This document shows, in pieces, positions 9,959-15,247 of a stretch of 15,247 nt of DNA. Source of the DNA: Octopus sinensis (taxonomy: Eukaryota); assembly GCF_006345805.1 (NCBI RefSeq), contig NW_021825599.1, forward strand, positions 1-15,247, in the 5' to 3' direction. Position 1 is the first letter of the stretch; each line of letters opens with the position of its first letter. The notes under the pieces are model-generated. The model searched no databases, was not told where the DNA came from, and saw only the letters and a program-made list of their open reading frames with translations. Both the position numbers and the translations under genes were made by a program.

Positions 9959-10061
9959 CTGGAAATGGAGGTAAGATTAAATTTAAGTGTAGGCAACGAA
10001 AACAGAAACATCCCTATCATAATATAAAGATGGTTTTGTCTCCTTGGCAATAGTAAGAAGG

Positions 10062-10062
<1 letters not shown>

Positions 10063-10110
<48 letters not shown>
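10063..10110. repeat. (TG)n microsatellite
   Basis: Pure tg array. Confidence 0.95.
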
Positions 10111-10115
<5 letters not shown>

Positions 10116-10189
10116 CCGTGTGCATATGAGTAGCTAATGCTTATTATCATTGCTAAGACAAGTATTACAAAGAATTATATATGTGTGTA

Positions 10190-10264
<75 letters not shown>

Positions 10265-10418
10265 TATGTGAAATAGAAAGATGAATAATCTTGTAGTAGA
10301 TTAATCAAAGTTAACCGATACCGTTACGTAGTAGCCTTTCGAAAACACGTGTAGAATGAATAAAACGATTTCTGTTCAATCTGCGTTCAGCTCCATTTCT
10401 TCAATTCACCAATAATGT

Positions 10419-10449
<31 letters not shown>

Positions 10450-10455
10450 TATATA

Positions 10456-10709
10456 CCGGAGTAAACACATAAATGTGAAACAAGGTGCAAAGAAGAGTAC
10501 TCAAATACCAGGGGTTGAGTAATATGCTTTATTTAAAAACACCAGAAATTCAACAAAACCTGTTACTCGGAGTTTCACGCGCGCACACGCACACATCCTT
10601 CTTATTATTGCCGTGGAGACAAAACCATCCTTATGTTAAAACTGTCCGACGAACGGGAACGTGAAACTGAGTAACAGGTTTTGTTGAATTTCTCTGCTTT
10701 TAAATAAAG
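10456..10709. mobile_element. Probable Penelope-like element terminal-repeat remnants in inverted arrangement (10456-10579 minus, 10642-10709 plus) between (TA)n tracts
   Basis: Arms 10527-10579 and 10660-10709 are reverse complements (aaattcaacaaaacctgttactc..agtttcacg). They carry a minimal hammerhead-like motif, as known for PLE terminal repeats. No RT or GIY-YIG sequence is present, so the assignment is inferential. Confidence 0.5.
10642..10677 (+). ncRNA. Minimal type I hammerhead-ribozyme-like motif (U4C core variant)
   Basis: ctgt CCGACGA acg-ggaa-cgt GAAA ct-g-ag TA acag: stem I ctgt/acag, stem II acg/cgt, near-palindromic stem III, GUA cleavage triplet. Confidence 0.5.
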
Positions 10710-10734
10710 TATATATATATGTATATATATATAT

Positions 10735-10785
<51 letters not shown>

Positions 10786-10810
10786 ATATATGATATATAT
10801 ATATATATGT
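10710..10810. repeat. (TA)n microsatellite (further TA tracts at ~10178-10262, ~10420-10455 and 11535-11566)
   Basis: Visible directly in the sequence. Confidence 0.95.
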
Positions 10811-10813
10811 ACA

Positions 10814-10928
10814 TGGCCTGCTCGTTTAGCCAGCGGGGTGGTGTCATGTGAAGGCTAAAACACAATGCGAAGCGCATTGTGACCACCGATGTGTAGCAAC
10901 ATTTGATAGCCTGGTCGGTCACGGTGAT
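10814..10928 (+). mobile_element. Repeat C, copy 2
   Basis: Aligns to 7572-7689; (TA)n on both sides. Confidence 0.75.
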
Positions 10929-11300
10929 ATATATATGAAGAGAGACAAACAATTATGCAATGCAGTACAAAGATACTTAATTTCACCTGATTCAATCTAA
11001 ATTTGGCGACATAATGAATGGCAAAGCTTTTAAAAAATAGCTAAATTTAGATTAAATTAAATGAAATCAAATGTCCTTGTACTGCATTGATTAATTGCTT
11101 GTCTCTCCCCACTACTTTAACCTATACCTACTGACTCAAAGGGATGCCACCTCTAGCCGGTTTCGAACAAGACAATCACTCAACCACAGCTTCAACCGTA
11201 GTTCTAACTGGAAATTTGGCGGCACGCCTATTTGAGCATTCAGAATACATACCTATTACTTTAAGTTATCCTAACGAAAACTCCTAATATCCTATATATG

Positions 11301-11530
11301 TATCCGCTCAGTCGAAGTCGACTCTCGGTTATTCGTTAGATCAGTGTCCTCCAGTCAGTTCTATCCTGGGCCGCTTCTTTCAGATTGGCTATGTCCATTC
11401 CGGTATCGCTCTTGATGATGTCAAGCCAGCGGGTTCTTGGTCGGCCTCTTCCTCTCTTGCCACTGACCATTCCGAGCATGATGTCCTTCTCCAGGGATTT
11501 TCTCCGCATAATATGACCGAAATATGCCAA

Positions 11531-11534
<4 letters not shown>
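11301..11534 (-). mobile_element. RTE-clade LINE 3' end, 5'-truncated
   Basis: RLAYFGHIMRRKSLEKDIMLGMVSGKRGRGRPRTRWLDIIKSDTG..AAQDRTDWRTLI*RITESRLRLSG is the classic RTE C-terminus (YFGHI.R, G.RGRGRP..RW.D, AQDR..WR). Confidence 0.88.
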
Positions 11535-11567
<33 letters not shown>

Positions 11568-11569
11568 TA

Positions 11570-11612
11570 TCAGCTATCAATCTCGGAAGGATGAAAGACA
11601 AAGTCGACCTAG
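11570..11612 (-). mobile_element. Short SINE A body fragment
   Basis: cggaaggatgaaagacaaagtcgacctagg matches the reverse complement of the family A body (e.g. 8455-8480). Confidence 0.6.
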
Positions 11613-12235
11613 GAGTTTTGTAACCTTATTTGCACCTCCTCGACTTCAGGAATATTATGGTCAGCATCGAATAATATCATCACCAGAGGCCTTCATCCAG
11701 CGGCGACCACCGCAATGCATTGGTTCAAGAGGACAGCCTCCCCTTCCGCTCACTACCTGGAGATTTTGCTTTCGTACTTATCGTATAATATACTTTTAGT
11801 ACAACATTGTACAATACAATTTACCATTGCACAGAGTCAAAAGTCAAGGCTAATCAATATGATCGATAGTTTGTTGCTAATCATTTTACAGGTATTGCTA
11901 ATTTTCACGAGAAAATATAGGAACGGTTCCAAGTAACCTCATTTGGCCAAGGCGACTATAAATCTAAGTCTTATTTGCTATTAAAAATAATCAAAGATAT
12001 AATAAAGATGCCAGAATTTAATGTATCGATAGAAATTTGGCTTCTATGATATTTTAAAACTCGGTTTTAACACATTCATTGAAAAATTGCTCACAGAAGA
12101 GAGAAAAAACTTTTGCTGTTGTTGTTGTTTTTGCGGTATTTTCTTGGTTCGCTTTTTGTTGTTTTTTTTTTCTCCTGTTTCGAAAATAATTTTTAATTCA
12201 AAATTTCAAATTCACTAAAAAAAAAATGTGTAACA

Positions 12236-12358
12236 TATATGGGTTTATAAGTATGTCTGTATGTGTGTGTGTGTGTGGAAATGTCTGTACGATTGTATGC
12301 AAGCATAAACACCTGTATATATTTACATATATTTATGCTCATAAATATACACACACAA

Positions 12359-12393
<35 letters not shown>

Positions 12394-12588
12394 CATATAT
12401 GCTTATACAAATAAGTATATACATACGTATATACGTATATATAAATATGCATATATGTCTAAAGTCATATATACATACATATATAAGTTAGTATACGCAT
12501 AAATATCCAAATTATATATATATGCGTGTGGTGTACATATAAATATGTAAATATATGTGTGTGAGCCTATGTCTGTCATATATAAATA

Positions 12589-12632
<44 letters not shown>

Positions 12633-12961
12633 TATACATATATATATATATACATATATGTATATATATATATATATATGTGTGGTGTGTGTAATATATG
12701 TATATATATGTGTATATATAAAATATGTGTGTGAGCCTATGTCTGTCTGTGTATATATTATATATATATACATATAATAAATATATATATATATAATACG
12801 AATATTATATACGCATACATAATGTTGAAATCTATGCACATGCCTGTATCTAGAGAGAGACAAATACACATATAATTTATATGTACACATGTCTGCATAC
12901 ACATGTGCATATGTTTGTCAGTTTACGTGCGGTTGTGCATGTGTGCATGTGTGTGTGTGTC

Positions 12962-13008
<47 letters not shown>
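12236..13008. repeat. TA/CA/TG low-complexity tract with a ~171-bp internal duplication
   Basis: atatgtgtgtgagcctatgtctgtc occurs at ~12553 and ~12723. Confidence 0.9.
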
Positions 13009-13009
<1 letters not shown>

Positions 13010-13490
13010 CTTTTTCTTTATTTTTCTTCAAGTTTGAAAAAGCTACTTACAAACAGGTTGAAAAATCACTCGAAGAAGTAAATATTTTGTTTCTAGGTTT
13101 TTTGGGTTTTTTTTACCTGAAACTTCAAATTTTCAAATTTCAAATTCAGAATCCGAAACCAGCAATGTAATATATCTCGTTTCGTAATTGACAGTTCGAG
13201 GATTGCTGTTATTTATTTACCTGTATACTTTTTATTAACATTTTGAGGGAAAAAATACATTATTTTATAAATAATATTAATAGATAATTTTTTGGTTTGT
13301 TTTTACAAATAATTCTTTTCGTTTAGTGAGAATATATTTTTAAAACAGAGCTATTGTGATTGTTTAGAATAAGGTCAGGCTTTATTGAATGAAAACATGC
13401 CAAGCGTGGCTATCACCTCTGTTCTGTAGACAATGCATCGAGTACTAATCGCGAGAATTAGCAATTATTTCGCGTCAGGGACTTTAAGCT

Positions 13491-13687
13491 AGTGTCTTCT
13501 ACTCGAAGACACTTGCTCGAGGAACTTGCTCAAGGTGCCTTATGGAAAAGCCTTGTGAGTGGATTTGGTTGCCGGAAACTGAAAGAAGCCCATCATGTGT
13601 ATATACACACACACACACACACACACAACACACATATATATATATATATATATTTGTATATGTATAATATATATATATATATATATT

Positions 13688-13720
<33 letters not shown>

Positions 13721-13742
13721 TACCGCACATACCACACATACA

Positions 13743-13787
<45 letters not shown>

Positions 13788-14178
13788 ATAGTTGCTTGAG
13801 AGCAACACGACACTCGCGGTGCCATTCGCCCTTCCTCGGCCTCTTTTTGATCCACGATTGCAGTTCGGTCATGGTGACGAGCTGCGGGAAAGCGCTTCAC
13901 GAACGGCTACCACCCATGTTCACCGTCGTCTACGTAGAGCCGGGGATGTCGCAATCTCACCGCGTGTCTGTGCGTCATGAAACACGGCATGGCCAGCCCT
14001 CCTTTTTAACGGGTGTTGGCAGCAAACGGATCGCCTGACCATCGGAACGCATCCTTTCCACAAGAAGTGGAAGAGGATGCGTTCTAGTTTGGTGATGGTG
14101 TGCGGGTATGTTTTTTTCATTTGTGTTTGTCTCCCGCCACCGCTTGACAGGTGGTGTTGGTGTGTTTACGTCCCTGTA
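13491..14178 (+). mobile_element. Rearranged SINE B copy: scrambled core and 5' body (13491-13597), central microsatellite (13598-13790), 3' continuation (14119-14178), interrupted by a Tx1 fragment
   Basis: aaagccttgtgagtggatttggt..ggaaactgaaagaagccc and tttgtgtttgtctccc..cttgaca..ggtgtgtttacgtccc are the sense-strand blocks on either side of the SINE B microsatellite. Confidence 0.7.
13791..14110 (-). mobile_element. L1/Tx1-clade LINE ORF2 internal fragment (post-RT region), two frameshifts and one stop
   Basis: PHTITKLERILFHFLWKGCVPMVRRSVCCQHPLK/GGLAMPCFMTHRHAVRLRHPRLYVDDGEHGW*PFVKR/FPQLVTMTELQSWIKKRPRKGEWHRECRVALKQ; F.FLW.G...P...GGL is the L1/Tx1 signature. Confidence 0.8.
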
Positions 14179-14339
14179 TGTACAAACCTGTAAACAAAAG
14201 CAGGCTAACAGTGGCTACCACGTCTCTTTGAACAATATATCTAACACCAAGTCTATGCAGTGTATTCTTTTTTCAAGACGATAGAGTGTAGTCTTAAGAA
14301 GATTTATTTACTATTTCTTGATACTATGTACAGTTTCCT

Positions 14340-15063
14340 ATGCTGTCATTTGTTCCAGAAGGTCTTACTGTTTTGCTTAAGTCTTTCGCTCCCTGAAAAA
14401 CGTAGGCAATTGATTTCTTTCCTTCACTGTTCTCGTGGCCGGTCAATCTTTTCTGTTTCTTTCCAGTTCGATCCTTGTTTTTTCCTTACAGCTTCCTTTC
14501 GGATTTTGCTGCACTGTTTCATATGTTCCCCTGAGGGAAGGCCTTTCTATCCCAGATTTTGTTGGTTTTCAAATTGCCATAAATATTTATGCAACTTTGA
14601 TTTTTCTAGGTTGGGATTCTGACTCTACACAAACCTATTTTTACCTCTTTGTAGAGGTAGTCGATGCTTGTCTGGCTCCCTCTATCCTGTGACCTTCCCA
14701 TCATGCTTCCTATGGAGCATAGGCCCTCGACAACTTATCCCCTTTGTCCTCAACTCTAGGCAATCTTTTCAGCTTCATTCTAGTTGGATTCCTTATTTAC
14801 CTTGCTGCTTCCTTTCGGATTTTGCTAAACTATTTCATGTTTCCATGAGGAAAGGCCTTCCTTTCTTTCCTCTTCTTAGTTTTGAATTGCCACTGAAGTT
14901 TCTATAACTAAGTGGGGTTCTTTTTAGGTAGGGACGTTGAACCAATGCAAACCAATCTTTATCTCTGGGAAGAGGTGGTCCATATTAATTTGGCTTCTAT
15001 CCTTTGACCTGTCCTGCATGCAAAGCTCTATAAAGTACTTATGGACCCTTTATATTGTTCTCA
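14340..15063 (-). pseudogene. Two degenerate ~316-bp tandem units (~14440-14755, ~14756-15063), possibly a decayed CR1/L2-type LINE EN-RT linker
   Basis: gcttcctttcggattttgct at 14491 and 14807. Minus-strand remnants RKAFP(Q/H)GN.MKQ.SKIRKEA(A/V)R and NSKTFWNK resemble the KAF..GD..Y...R..IR and N.K.FW linker motifs. Many stops. Confidence 0.35.
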
Positions 15064-15247
15064 GGGCCACACCACCAAAAGGATTGGACCTTGTTGAGGA
15101 TGTAAGCTTTGTAGGAGCTAGGTTAGATATGGGTGGTTGCTAACCACTCCACAATAATCTGGTAGGACCGAACAACATGGTTTCGAAGGAGCTAACACAG
15201 GTTTCCAAAGACCTATGACAGAATTTGTCGCCACCCGAAGGAAGAAT

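Noticed and set aside
9919-9976. Plus-strand donor gag|gtaaga at 9970/9971
   Set aside because: All frames from the upstream AG at ~9919 contain stops, and it overlaps the polypyrimidine tract of the minus-strand candidate; it could be chance.
11620-11936. GC-richer unique segment with plus-strand acceptors (gacttcag 11649, ttttacag 11889) and 73-91 aa ORFs
   Set aside because: No convincing donor pairing or recognisable protein; it cannot be distinguished from decayed repeat.
12193-13170. Many 60-100 aa Y/I/H/T/C/V-rich ORFs (also 7303-7603, 10734-10952 and 13492-14038)
   Set aside because: They are translations of TA/CA/TG dinucleotide tracts.
13045-13223. Several minus-strand GT donors (gtaagt 13050, gtaaaa ~13118, gtaaat 13220)
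   Set aside because: They lack a good pyrimidine-rich acceptor with a plausible open frame, and such motifs are expected by chance in very AT-rich DNA.
14260-15143. Plus-strand F/L/S-rich ORFs of 68-120 aa resembling membrane proteins
   Set aside because: The composition follows from the T/C-rich antisense of an A-rich degenerate duplication; there is no coherent gene.

Overview
Repeat-saturated, AT-rich eukaryotic DNA. The SINE families and the heavy load of (TAA)n, (TA)n, (CA)n and (GATA)n tracts suggest an octopus or other coleoid cephalopod genome (inference from recall, not a search). I find no intact recognisable gene; almost all listed ORFs are microsatellite or repeat artefacts. Supported content: (i) many tRNA-derived SINE copies of two main families (my labels A and B), some nested or multimeric; (ii) dead LINE fragments from several clades: two R4/Dong-type restriction-like endonuclease 3' ends in (TAA)n arrays, an RTE 3' end, an internal L1/Tx1 piece, and a possible duplicated CR1/L2 linker; (iii) a Helentron-type non-autonomous element (HINE/DINE-1-like); (iv) a MITE-like palindrome; (v) an inverted Penelope-like repeat pair carrying a minimal type I hammerhead-ribozyme-like motif and enclosing an inverted copy of nearby DNA; (vi) two low-confidence, phase-compatible minus-strand exon candidates. 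The most interesting signals are the hammerhead variant, two locally templated inverted copies at retroelement junctions, the same-orientation (TAA)n insertion cluster, and head-to-tail SINE multimers. All alignments were done by eye.
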